Sequence record: NC_031107.2
Reading direction: 5' to 3' (one strand)
DNA length: 64,000 nt
Below are positions 15,224 to 24,604 of this stretch, in pieces. The first letter of the stretch is position 1. Every line of letters starts with the position of its first letter. The position numbers and the translations under genes were made by a program. The notes under the pieces are model-generated. The model did no database searches and was not told the DNA's origin. It saw only the letters and a program-made list of their open reading frames with translations.

Positions 15224-16285
15224 TCAATTTTCGAGGGCTGCGTACAACGGCTTAATCAGGTTCAGTTGCAGATACGTTTGCAGTGACCGGGTTTGACGTT
15301 GGAGCACCTTAGAATCCTCAAAGCGGGCGATGTCGATGTTCAGGTTCGATTTGAACTTGTCCATGCTCGGGTTGTTGTATTGCAACGCGAACAACGCCCA
15401 GTACCAGTTAATGATGTTCTGGTGCCAGCTGGCCTGTGTTGTTGCACCGGAGTAATGGTGCTGCACACGGTCAACTGCTGTAGAAGGATTTGCAGGGTCT
15501 TCGAAGAATTGGGGTACGTGGGCTAATACCGCACCGGGGTGTGGTGTTCCCGCGAGAAGACTTTTGCGAATGTTCCGTGCGTGCCGTACCGCGAGGTCGT
15601 GTAACGGCGGAACATTGATAACGCGCATCGGCAGGTCATCTTCCATCTCTTGGTCAAACGCGACTGCCCGATGGACATTCAGAAATGCGATGTCCATATA
15701 GCTCGGTAACATGCGGGTAATCACATGACGCTGAGCATAAACCACGCTGGTCATCTGTTCTGTTGACTTCCGGTAATGTTGTTCTGCAAGAACATATTGC
15801 CAGAGTAAGGCGACCAGGTTAATTTCAATGATTGCCACACCCCGAGGACGGTTATCACCAAACTGCCAGTTCAGATTGGTATACTCGTGGTAGAGGTAAA
15901 CGGCGGGGGTGTAATCACGAAATGGCAGATCCGGATCTACCGGGCGAGCGACGAGTGAGATCAACTCATCTTGTCCCTCAATAAAGGCACCGTTGTACAC
16001 TTGCCCAAAGTTGCCGGGCGAGATTAAACGTAGCGCATTACCAATATCGGAAAGCTTGCGACGGCAGGCCCATTCGATATCGAGGTAGTCCGGGTCGGCT
16101 GCATAGCCGATACTGGATAGGATTTTCAAGATGAGGTGACCGGATTCCACACGCGTCTGCACCGATTCGAGATAGTTACGAATGCGCTGCTGATTATTTT
16201 TTACGGCAGCAACCAATTGTATAGCGGAGGGGTCCGCGACGTGACCCTTTATGGCCACTTGGTTTAACTCGGCTTGACTGAACAT
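15224..16285 (-). CDS. conserved phiKZ-like protein (gp52-like by synteny, probable virion protein)
   Basis: Start refined to MFSQAELN after AAAGGAG on the minus strand; divergent from chimallin. Confidence 0.7.
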   Translation of the reverse strand: MFSQAELNQVAIKGHVADPSAIQLVAAVKNNQQRIRNYLESVQTRVESGHLILKILSSIGYAADPDYLDIEWACRRKLSDIGNALRLISPGNFGQVYNGAFIEGQDELISLVARPVDPDLPFRDYTPAVYLYHEYTNLNWQFGDNRPRGVAIIEINLVALLWQYVLAEQHYRKSTEQMTSVVYAQRHVITRMLPSYMDIAFLNVHRAVAFDQEMEDDLPMRVINVPPLHDLAVRHARNIRKSLLAGTPHPGAVLAHVPQFFEDPANPSTAVDRVQHHYSGATTQASWHQNIINWYWALFALQYNNPSMDKFKSNLNIDIARFEDSKVLQRQTRSLQTYLQLNLIKPLYAALEN

Positions 16286-16340
16286 GACGGGCTCCTTTGG
16301 TTCCACATAGGAACTGGTCACAGTCAAAAAAATTACAGAT

Positions 16341-16357
16341 TGATATTATCATAGTGA
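16341..16357 (+). promoter_or_regulatory. putative early promoter 1 of chimallin
   Basis: TGATATTATCATAGTGA matches the recurring motif. Confidence 0.55.
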
Positions 16358-16432
16358 GAGTTCCGGACATTTGCGTGGTATATGTGATTCGCAATAAGCG
16401 ACGGCTTACTTGTATCCCATAAATTCTCAGGC

Positions 16433-16449
16433 AGATATTATTACTGTGA
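16433..16449 (+). promoter_or_regulatory. putative early promoter 2 of chimallin
   Basis: AGATATTATTACTGTGA. Confidence 0.55.
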
Positions 16450-16492
16450 ACTTCACTACGATTGATATAAAACCACTTAAGGAATATTTACC

Positions 16493-18349
16493 ATGGTAAA
16501 AGTAGTAGACAACAACCAGAACGCATCTCAGAACAACACCGCTTCTCAGGAAACTGTGAACACGGCACCTCTGGGTGGTTCTCAGCAGACTTCTTCTGCA
16601 GCCACTGCTGTTAGCTCTCTGGGCAACGTCGGTACCTTCGACCGTGCCTTTGGCTGGCAGAGCACTAACTCTTACGCTTCCGCCTATATCGCACAGCTCG
16701 AAGAACTGGCGAAAGAAAACCCTTACCTGCGCGGCTTCAAATGGGGCATCGTAGAAGGCGTCGGTGCCGAGATGGGTTCCGCAGCGTATATCGCTGGCGA
16801 CTACAACGGCCACTGGCTCTACGGTATCCTGTTCTTCGAACGCGGTCAGTCTCTGCGTCTGAAAGAATCTGTGAACGGTGCAGAATCCTACTACACCATC
16901 ACTGAGCTGCTGGATACTGAGTTCCTGAAAACTGTATCCAAAACTATCCAGGGTACGCACCAGCTGCCGAACGCGCACTTCATGTCCGTCAACTCCGTAC
17001 CGGATCTCGGTAAGCAGCTGACCAAAGAGTGGGCACAGCAGCTGACCGGCCAACTGGCGCTGGGCATCTTCGGTCGTATCCAGGGCTTCCTGGGCCAGAT
17101 GCAGCTGAGCAAATCTGATCGCTTCACCGCGCAGGTCTTCCAGCTGGACGACGGCTCTGTGCTGGACGGTAACGGCCATGCGCAGCGTGCTGACTTCGGT
17201 GTGACGCTGGAACACGTTCCGGCTACCAGCGATAACGCTACCCCGACCCTGATGGACAACAGCCAGGCTCAGGTCTATCCGCGTGTTCACGGTGTTGGCT
17301 ATGTCAACATGCGTTTCACCGGTCAGAAACCTGCGGTCAACGGCGTGGTCGATCTGAAACAGCTACAGGCGGAAATCGTCGTGTCGCTGATGGACTCTCA
17401 GGCAGAAGGTTCTCGCGTTCCGATGGAACGTCAGGTACTGGAGCTGGCAGCCTTCGCAGAAATCGCCTCTATCGGCGGCTGGCGCGAACTGTTCATGAAG
17501 GGTCTGAACAAATCTGACCGTAAATGGTCTCGTGTTGTTGAGTACCTGAACTGGGGTACCGACGCACGTCCGGACATCTCCAAAATCGACAATAGTCGCG
17601 AAGCTATTGAAGGTTGCCTGGATATGTTCGCACCGCGTGAAGCAGCGCTGGTTGTCAGCCATCGTGCCGGTAACGGTATCGGCGGCCTGAGCACCATCCT
17701 GTCTGAAATTGCCAACGGTTCCGACATCGCACTGAAACAGCTCCTCACCATTCTGAATGGCATGACCCCGAAAGCCAAAAAGAACAACGACGAGCTGGTC
17801 GGCAACACTGGCGTGAAGAACTTCACTCAGCGCTTTGCTACTGCACTGGGCAAAGACACCATCACCTGCTCTGACATCGTGAAAGCGGCCGTACCGAACG
17901 TATCTGGTGTTTACACCGGCAACGCTCAGAAACGCAGCTTCCAGGATATGGACCTGGTGTCGGTACTGACGAAGTTCGGCGACAACCAAACTGATGTGTA
18001 CACCTACCTGCACGCTCAGTCCTACTCCCACCGTGAACTGAACGCCCGTGCTCAGCGTATCTACATGCTGAAACTGGCAGCGGTTCTGTTCGGTGCTAAA
18101 GATGCGCGCACTACCGGCGAATCTCTGGATATGGCTCTGAACCCGATCTTCGGTAAATGCGTGCTGGACTTCGTACGTGAGAACTGCAACTGGCAGCTGA
18201 CTGGCGTATCTGCGCACAACAGCATCGCTAACTCCCTGTTCTTCAACAACGGTGGTGAGAACTTCACCCTGTCTGGAACTGGTAGCAGCGCGCAGGGTTC
18301 TGACTACTCTCTGGGTGTGTCAATCGGTAGCCTCGACCTGGGCCTGTAA
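16493..18349 (+). CDS. chmA: chimallin, major phage-nucleus shell protein
   Basis: 618 aa with a flexible N-terminus and extended C-terminus and strongly biased codons; lies immediately upstream of nvRNAP beta-prime N, as phiKZ gp54/gp55. Confidence 0.8.
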   Translation: MVKVVDNNQNASQNNTASQETVNTAPLGGSQQTSSAATAVSSLGNVGTFDRAFGWQSTNSYASAYIAQLEELAKENPYLRGFKWGIVEGVGAEMGSAAYIAGDYNGHWLYGILFFERGQSLRLKESVNGAESYYTITELLDTEFLKTVSKTIQGTHQLPNAHFMSVNSVPDLGKQLTKEWAQQLTGQLALGIFGRIQGFLGQMQLSKSDRFTAQVFQLDDGSVLDGNGHAQRADFGVTLEHVPATSDNATPTLMDNSQAQVYPRVHGVGYVNMRFTGQKPAVNGVVDLKQLQAEIVVSLMDSQAEGSRVPMERQVLELAAFAEIASIGGWRELFMKGLNKSDRKWSRVVEYLNWGTDARPDISKIDNSREAIEGCLDMFAPREAALVVSHRAGNGIGGLSTILSEIANGSDIALKQLLTILNGMTPKAKKNNDELVGNTGVKNFTQRFATALGKDTITCSDIVKAAVPNVSGVYTGNAQKRSFQDMDLVSVLTKFGDNQTDVYTYLHAQSYSHRELNARAQRIYMLKLAAVLFGAKDARTTGESLDMALNPIFGKCVLDFVRENCNWQLTGVSAHNSIANSLFFNNGGENFTLSGTGSSAQGSDYSLGVSIGSLDLGL

Positions 18350-18381
18350 GGCTGGGTTAGGCAGGTTGTAGTAAGTTAGGT

Positions 18382-18422
18382 AGGGACAGGGGCTAACGCT
18401 CCTGTCCCTTCTCTCTTTTTTT
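18382..18422 (+). terminator. intrinsic terminator after chimallin
   Basis: AGGGACAGGGGC-TAAC-GCTCCTGTCCCT + T-rich tail. Confidence 0.85.
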
Positions 18423-18436
18423 GTTGAGGTTGCAGC

Positions 18437-20038
18437 GTGGAAAAGGCACCGAAGTATTACGGCGTATCAGGCCGATTGATTAACCATGACGGGTATTTGC
18501 GTGACCTCTATATCGAGGCTGCTGCAAAAGGCATTAAACCGCCAACCGTTATTAACGACGTTGCCGAGAACGGAGATGCAATTGAAACAGCCGAGCTTAT
18601 CGATCAGATAATTCAGAACCGCATTGTTGATGAGGAACTGAATTCGGCACCCATCTGTAGCCTGACCTGCGAGAAACCGATTGCACACCGCCCCAACCTG
18701 GGACGTAAGTGTCCAACCTGTGGCTACGTAGTGACGGAGCATCGCATTGAGTCTGAAGTCTGGATTCGTGCACCAGAAGAGATGGGCAATTTCATTAACC
18801 CGCGTTTCTGGAGTTTGTTTAACGCCTTCTTTGGCAGCAAGTTTAAGAAGTTCGACCGCAACAAGGTCACGGTAGAACGTGGGTCGGATTTGATGATGTG
18901 GATGATCGATCCCTATTATCGTCCGGACGAACCTGACGGGAAACGTGCCCATGTGGTGAAACGCATCTTAGAAGAACATCGCTTCGAGCGTGGATTACGG
19001 AACTTCGTCGACCACCACAAAACAATCTTCGCCATCTTAACCAGCAGTGAAGCATGGCGTGAAATCTATCCACCAACCCGTCACAATGCACGCGACAGTG
19101 AATTGCAGCGGATGCAGTGGAAGACAATGTTTGAAACACAAGCGCACGCAATGTTCCCAACGCATTTGCCACTTATCTCTCCGAAGCTGATTGTGACGGA
19201 GGAAGGGCGACGTGGGGTCATGATAGATCCGGTATTTACCGGCGCTATTGATGCGGTGAAAAATATTGCGCTGTTGTATACTCGCAGTAAGTCGCTGGAA
19301 CCTCGCTTCTTGGTGAGTAAAGCGATTAAGGCAAACCGTCAGTTGGCGTACTTCTACATCGATTATCGTCGTGAGTCGATGGAAGGCAAACCTGGTCACT
19401 ACCGTGCGAAGATAGGTTCAACCTATATTCCATTCGGTGGCCGTGCAACGATTTCTCCGATCTCGGAACCACACGATGCCTGGAAACTCAAAGCACCGTG
19501 GCGTTGGTCGGTGGGTCTGATGGCCGTCGATATCGAGAACAAGTTGCTACGCCGGGGGTACAGTCCTCGCCAGTGCGAACGCATCGTCGCGAAAGCGTGT
19601 ATGCAGTATATCCCACTGGTCCACGAAATCTTCAAAGAGCTGATAGCCGAATCGCCTGGCGGCTTGGGGATTATGGTTGAGCCACTGCGTAACCCAACGT
19701 TGGTACAGTTGTCCGTACAGACGTTGTACATCGATGAGATTGTCACCGATGTGAACCAGTGTTCTCTGCGTATCTCTGACCGTGTTATTAAGATGGCGAA
19801 CGGTGACTTCGATGGCGACCAATTCCAGGTACGTCGTCCGGTTGACCAGCGTGAAATGGAGCTGGCCCTGGCATACCGTCCAGACAATGGCTTTATGTCC
19901 AGTACCGATGTGGATCGTGTCGAACACGGCATGATTTTACATAACGAGCTTATCAGTATGCAGAACCAGTTCCTCATGGAAGCAGATGAGGATGATGTAA
20001 TGGGGCTGCCGTTAGAAGAGATTCTTGCACAGGAGTAA
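18437..20038 (+). CDS. rpoC: non-virion RNA polymerase beta-prime N-terminal subunit (phiKZ gp55-like)
   Basis: Zn finger CSLTC...CPTC, RAKIGSTYIPFGGRATISP, LRNPTL and catalytic NGDFDGD. Confidence 0.88.
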   Translation: MEKAPKYYGVSGRLINHDGYLRDLYIEAAAKGIKPPTVINDVAENGDAIETAELIDQIIQNRIVDEELNSAPICSLTCEKPIAHRPNLGRKCPTCGYVVTEHRIESEVWIRAPEEMGNFINPRFWSLFNAFFGSKFKKFDRNKVTVERGSDLMMWMIDPYYRPDEPDGKRAHVVKRILEEHRFERGLRNFVDHHKTIFAILTSSEAWREIYPPTRHNARDSELQRMQWKTMFETQAHAMFPTHLPLISPKLIVTEEGRRGVMIDPVFTGAIDAVKNIALLYTRSKSLEPRFLVSKAIKANRQLAYFYIDYRRESMEGKPGHYRAKIGSTYIPFGGRATISPISEPHDAWKLKAPWRWSVGLMAVDIENKLLRRGYSPRQCERIVAKACMQYIPLVHEIFKELIAESPGGLGIMVEPLRNPTLVQLSVQTLYIDEIVTDVNQCSLRISDRVIKMANGDFDGDQFQVRRPVDQREMELALAYRPDNGFMSSTDVDRVEHGMILHNELISMQNQFLMEADEDDVMGLPLEEILAQE

Positions 20039-20041
20039 TGA

Positions 20042-20632
20042 ATGGCAGGCATGTGGTTGCAAGGCAGTACCGTCTGGGGCAGACAGTCGGAAGGTTCTGG
20101 GATGTTCGATACATTCAAAGAGCAATTTACGCTCGACGGAATCGCCTCCGATATGCTCGACAGCGTCAAGAAACATACCAGTGAGCTTATCTCGCTGGAG
20201 CGTTGGCGTGAGACGTTTAGTGCCGCACGTAAGTTACGTTATAATGACGTGACCGACGTGGTGCGACAGCTCGATGAGCTGGGTGATTTCCAGTTCGCCA
20301 ACGAGGCATTGCAGCCTTTCCTCGTAGCCATGCCAGAGTATCGTAAGCTGTATAACGAGAAGATGGCCACTGGTTATGAGAACGGATATTCACAAATCGA
20401 TGCGTTCCGCGGTAATGCGTATATGCACACCGACGACAACTATCGTGAAGTGACATCCGGGATGAGTACGCAGTACGACGACGAGAAGATTTGGATTTGG
20501 GCGTCCAATGAAAATCGTGCAAACCGTCTTACGAGTATTCAGAAGGTGGAAATGCAAATCAACTGGACACGTATGCGGGACTTCGACTGGGAAGATGGTG
20601 ATCCCTGTTCGGAACTCGGCGCAACGTGCTAA
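20042..20632 (+). CDS. conserved hypothetical protein
   Basis: AGGAG RBS; followed by a terminator at 20639-20664. Confidence 0.75.
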   Translation: MAGMWLQGSTVWGRQSEGSGMFDTFKEQFTLDGIASDMLDSVKKHTSELISLERWRETFSAARKLRYNDVTDVVRQLDELGDFQFANEALQPFLVAMPEYRKLYNEKMATGYENGYSQIDAFRGNAYMHTDDNYREVTSGMSTQYDDEKIWIWASNENRANRLTSIQKVEMQINWTRMRDFDWEDGDPCSELGATC

Positions 20633-20681
20633 GAAAGGAAGGGGCTTCGGCCTCTTCTTTTTTTCTAAAGAGGAAGAGAAG

Positions 20682-21068
20682 ATGCCGATAGCTGTTGGTA
20701 CCGTTTCAACCCGTGGGTGGGCGCGCACAGCAAAGGAACAGATCCGAGAACTGATGAATCATTACACTGAGGCCGGTTTTAGCCAGTCGCAGATTTATCA
20801 GGGCAACGTGAAATCCTTAGCAAAAGCGCAACAAATCTTTTCACAAGATCCCGAGGGGTTGGCCAACCGAATTAAATCCGACCTGGAGAACCTGTACGGG
20901 AATGTGTTCCCGGAAGGTGTCGAGGTAGAAACGACCTGGGAGTATCTCCAGGATTCGGATGTGCGTTATCGCATTACCATCTCGTTGCGTGTCATGAAGA
21001 ACGGAGAGTGGATTGATGCGATTCGCTATGTGGAAACAGAAAGTAGTACAGTAGAGGACGAATCATGA
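20682..21068 (+). CDS. conserved protein, possibly T4 gp25-like baseplate wedge
   Basis: Start refined to MPIAVG after GAGGA; the C-half pattern loosely resembles gp25. Confidence 0.55.
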   Translation: MPIAVGTVSTRGWARTAKEQIRELMNHYTEAGFSQSQIYQGNVKSLAKAQQIFSQDPEGLANRIKSDLENLYGNVFPEGVEVETTWEYLQDSDVRYRITISLRVMKNGEWIDAIRYVETESSTVEDES

Positions 21069-21778
21069 GCCATAAGCCGGGTGAGTTTAACGGGGTACCC
21101 ATCGACCGTTTAGATGGGAAGATGAAGTTTGAATACGAGAAGCTGGTTGATTACGAGCAGGAGTTACTGGGCGGTCAGAATGTGTGCAGTACGTTTACCG
21201 AAGCCATGTTCCGTCGCCAAGGCTTGCCGCTGCTGACCGGGATGCTGGATGGGTCGTTTAATGATGCGGCCTGGGAAAGCTACGTCGGTAATGCGTTCGT
21301 GCCCCTGCAAATCGTATCAGACATGGATCACTCCAAACTGCTGTTTACGATCCCGCCACTGATGAATACCGGGCGTTCTCTCCAGCACGTTGAAGGGCAG
21401 GTCAGCTTAACCGAAGAGACGGAGAACATCCGTTTACAGGCTGATATTCTCTCCGAAGTCGGTGAGCAGCAAATGCACCAGATGATTGACCAAACCCTGG
21501 AAGGGATTGAGCAGTTGTCGTATCTGGAAAATGCGATTGCCGCCAAGTACAAAATCGATCTCATTAACTGGGTCTTCCGCCGTTATCAGGTCGGGGGGCA
21601 GTTAGAATACCCGGAAGGTTTACTGGACGTGGTCGCGTATGCTGAGAAGCGTGGCGTTGCCGGAGCACAGGCAACCACACAAACCTCAGTTGTGCCAAAC
21701 CAGCAAGGTAAAGCACAAGCGCAGCCACAGCCACAAGTTAAAGCGGGCGGTATCGGCGATGGTGATGACGATTACTAA
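21065..21778 (+). CDS. conserved hypothetical (probable virion) protein
   Basis: ATGA overlap; Q/A-rich C-tail ending DGDDDY. Confidence 0.7.
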   Translation: MSHKPGEFNGVPIDRLDGKMKFEYEKLVDYEQELLGGQNVCSTFTEAMFRRQGLPLLTGMLDGSFNDAAWESYVGNAFVPLQIVSDMDHSKLLFTIPPLMNTGRSLQHVEGQVSLTEETENIRLQADILSEVGEQQMHQMIDQTLEGIEQLSYLENAIAAKYKIDLINWVFRRYQVGGQLEYPEGLLDVVAYAEKRGVAGAQATTQTSVVPNQQGKAQAQPQPQVKAGGIGDGDDDY

Positions 21779-22910
21779 CCCTCCACACAAACCTGTGGGG
21801 GTGAAGCGAATCTTCAGTACCGGGGATGTGCACCTGCTGCATAAGCGGGTGCCAACCTGGCACATTGTCATGGTGTTTAAAGAGGCACTGTTGGCATGTG
21901 GAAATACGATTGATGCCCTTTATATAGCCGGGGATTTATTTGATGATTCCCGACAGTTGCGCCAAGAGGACTCCCATGAAGCAGTGGGCTTTCTGACCTG
22001 GTTGCTCAACTGGGCAAAAGAGACAAACACGGCTGTCCGTGTTGTGGAAGGTACGCCGTCACACGATCACAATCAATCGAAGATCGTCGAGTCACTCAAT
22101 GCAACCATTGGTGCCGATTGTCTGTATCTCGAGAAGATTGGTGTCTTTTACGATAGCGCGCTGGAAACGTATGTCGGTTGGGTGCAGGATGAGTACAAGG
22201 CCAACGGCGCACCTGAAATCAATGCCAAATCCACCGAGGCGGAAATGGCAGAGTTGATGGCAACACGCGGTCTGGAGAAAGTAGGTTTCTTCTTCATGCA
22301 CGGTTGTTTCCAGTTCCAACTCCCGATAGAGTCGCCCCGTTCGTTTAACGAAGAGTTTTGGGAATCGAGAGTCGAACATTTGATAATCATTCACCACGAC
22401 CATAGACGTAAACAGAAGGGAAAGATTCGTGTCACCGGCAGCCCTGAGCGGTTGTCACAAGGTGAAGAAGAAGACAAGGGTTTTGCCATTGTCGATTTCA
22501 CCCCTGAGATTGCACGAGATTATTTCTTGGTCAATCCGCGCGCTTGCCCTCAGCGTAAAGTGCGGGCACAGGAAGACTACGAAGCGCAATACGCCGAATG
22601 TCTCTCTGCGTTAGAGTATATCGATTCCCATCCGTCCGCTTGTATCGGTCGGTTCGAAGTCGAGTATTACCCCGGCTCTCCACTGGCCGAGCATGTGAAT
22701 CAGTGGAAAAAAGAATATTCGTTCCACGTATCTGGGGAACGGGTACGAACCTCCGAAGAGGAGGAGTTGTTGGTACAAGGCTTCTCTATCGATGCACCTG
22801 TCGATGAGATTATTACGCAAGACAACGTCGAGCGTATCATGTTGGAAGAGTTGGCACCGTTTAAATACGATGCTGCTATTGTCACCAGCATTATCAGGAG
22901 CGTTGCATGA
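21765..22910 (+). CDS. sbcD: SbcD/Mre11-like metallophosphoesterase nuclease
   Basis: GDVH, AGDLFD, EGTPSHD, FMHG and IHHDH motifs; start refined to 21765. Confidence 0.8.
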   Translation: MTITNPPHKPVGVKRIFSTGDVHLLHKRVPTWHIVMVFKEALLACGNTIDALYIAGDLFDDSRQLRQEDSHEAVGFLTWLLNWAKETNTAVRVVEGTPSHDHNQSKIVESLNATIGADCLYLEKIGVFYDSALETYVGWVQDEYKANGAPEINAKSTEAEMAELMATRGLEKVGFFFMHGCFQFQLPIESPRSFNEEFWESRVEHLIIIHHDHRRKQKGKIRVTGSPERLSQGEEEDKGFAIVDFTPEIARDYFLVNPRACPQRKVRAQEDYEAQYAECLSALEYIDSHPSACIGRFEVEYYPGSPLAEHVNQWKKEYSFHVSGERVRTSEEEELLVQGFSIDAPVDEIITQDNVERIMLEELAPFKYDAAIVTSIIRSVA

Positions 22911-23743
22911 CCCCGATTAGCGTAGACCGCAAATTTGGGTTTTATCAGATGTCCATCGCCACTTCACTGGCGTTTGAAGGGCTACTTCATAGCGGCGAAT
23001 ATGCCGACTGGAAAGGCGAACTGCCCATCCATGACTATCAGGAAATTTTCCTGAATCTCCGGACCTTGTTCCGTAACGCATTTTACGCGTTTGAAGAGAA
23101 CCGTGAACGATTAACAGCTGACGTCTTACTGACATCGATTGAAGAAGATATTACAAATATCATGGCTACCGCGCAAGCGGTAGCCCCTTCGGTGTTATGT
23201 GTGCCGTACATGTGCACGTATAAAAGCGTGAACAAAGTGTTCCCGGAAGCTTCATTCCGTTCTATTGCCAGCGGTGAAAACAAGATGACGCCGACCATGC
23301 TCCACTATAATGCACTGGAGCATGACACGCTGAAACTGTTCGATGAGAAGTGGCCCGAAGCTTACCGTAAGTTTGATGTCTTTCCAGACGGTAAGCAAGA
23401 CACACTGATGTTAACCCATCTGCCAGCAGACCTGTTGGCGCGTACTGATTTTCCAAAGTTAGGCTTGTTAGAGTCCCATACCGGAAAGGTGAAGACCCAA
23501 CTGGAATGGTACACCAAGCTGAACAACAAACCCGAGCAGATACCGTTCAACAAAGCGTTTTTAACTATCTTTGGTGATGCGTATATGTTCGCTCCGTTAG
23601 ACCGTAAAGTCCGGGGTGTGTTACTGAAAACAGCGGAGAAATACCACTGGCGTCAGGATACCACCATGGACAGGATTCACAGTTGCTTGCGCTTAATGAA
23701 TGAACCGCATGTGATGGAATTCTTACGTCGCTGCTCCCGCTAA
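22907..23743 (+). CDS. conserved protein, possible FEN/T4 RNase H-like 5-prime nuclease
   Basis: IFLNLRTLFRNAF, LMLTHLPADLL and TIFGD patterns loosely resemble the FEN fold. Confidence 0.5.
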   Translation: MTPISVDRKFGFYQMSIATSLAFEGLLHSGEYADWKGELPIHDYQEIFLNLRTLFRNAFYAFEENRERLTADVLLTSIEEDITNIMATAQAVAPSVLCVPYMCTYKSVNKVFPEASFRSIASGENKMTPTMLHYNALEHDTLKLFDEKWPEAYRKFDVFPDGKQDTLMLTHLPADLLARTDFPKLGLLESHTGKVKTQLEWYTKLNNKPEQIPFNKAFLTIFGDAYMFAPLDRKVRGVLLKTAEKYHWRQDTTMDRIHSCLRLMNEPHVMEFLRRCSR

Positions 23744-23767
23744 AAATTTACGCATTAGGGTTATCCT

Positions 23768-24475
23768 GTGGGAACCCAAACATGCTTTTCCGAAGGAATT
23801 AATTTAATGGTCAATCAAAACATCTTCAAAGAAAAATGGCTTTATCCGCAGACTGAACCGGATCAGCAGAACCGTACCCGTAAGTTGGGTATCGAGCCGA
23901 ATGATTTTAACGGTGACGTCGAAGGGATGAAGTTCAACTATTCCTTCGCGAAAGGCGAAGGTCTGTATTTCTCAGCACCTTTGTCTGTGTGTCGTGACAT
24001 CGTCGACAGCCTTCAGTCTACGCTGATGAAATCAGAAAAGTCGGTCATCAAGTTCACGAACGAAAACGGTAACAAACCGCCGGTAAGTCTTCACGTTGGT
24101 CGTGATGAGAACCTGGTACCGTTCATGGCTATCTCTGGTGAAATCCAGGGCGCAGGCGCGCGCCAGAAGAAGTTCTACTTCTCTTACCCGAAAGGCTTCC
24201 GTGTATTCCGTAACGGTGAGCAGGTAAGCGATCTGGAACTGGCGGAACGCGCAGCGCGCGCTTTCATCAAGAACTTCGAACTGTTCGTTACAGATCTCGA
24301 AGAGAAGTACAAACCGCGTGAGTTCAACAACACCGGCGGTGGAAACTTCGGTCGTGGCGGCTACAATGGTGGTGGCGGTAATGGTGGTGGCAACCGTGGT
24401 AACGGTGGCGGCTATCAGCAACAGCAACAATCTCAGCCTCCGTCAACAACTGACAGCTACGACGATTTCGTATAA
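23768..24475 (+). CDS. chmC: ChmC-like nucleus-associated nucleic-acid-binding protein
   Basis: Two genes upstream of the PicA-like gene, as recalled for ChmC; beta-rich core plus G/N/R/Y/Q-rich tail and acidic end. The start may be ATG 23807. Confidence 0.6.
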   Translation: MGTQTCFSEGINLMVNQNIFKEKWLYPQTEPDQQNRTRKLGIEPNDFNGDVEGMKFNYSFAKGEGLYFSAPLSVCRDIVDSLQSTLMKSEKSVIKFTNENGNKPPVSLHVGRDENLVPFMAISGEIQGAGARQKKFYFSYPKGFRVFRNGEQVSDLELAERAARAFIKNFELFVTDLEEKYKPREFNNTGGGNFGRGGYNGGGGNGGGNRGNGGGYQQQQQSQPPSTTDSYDDFV

Positions 24476-24559
24476 AAAATAAAGCGCAGAGCCCGAGGGA
24501 TATCCCTCGGGCTATAAAGCAGCTATGTGTATCAGAGTGCAGTGAAAGAGAACTGAGAT

Positions 24560-24576
24560 AGATATTATCTTGGTGC
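24560..24576 (+). promoter_or_regulatory. putative early promoter
   Basis: AGATATTATCTTGGTGC. Confidence 0.55.
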
Positions 24577-24604
24577 AATCGACTATTCGCGGAGCTTTAC
24601 CATA

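Noticed and set aside
16427-18217. Long antisense ORFs opposite chimallin
   Set aside because: Shadow frames produced by strong codon bias of the sense gene.
6126-23770. Second promoter class (TTTAC...GTTATA) at 6126, 12165 and 23744
   Set aside because: Spacing is inconsistent (13, 13, 8) with too few sites.
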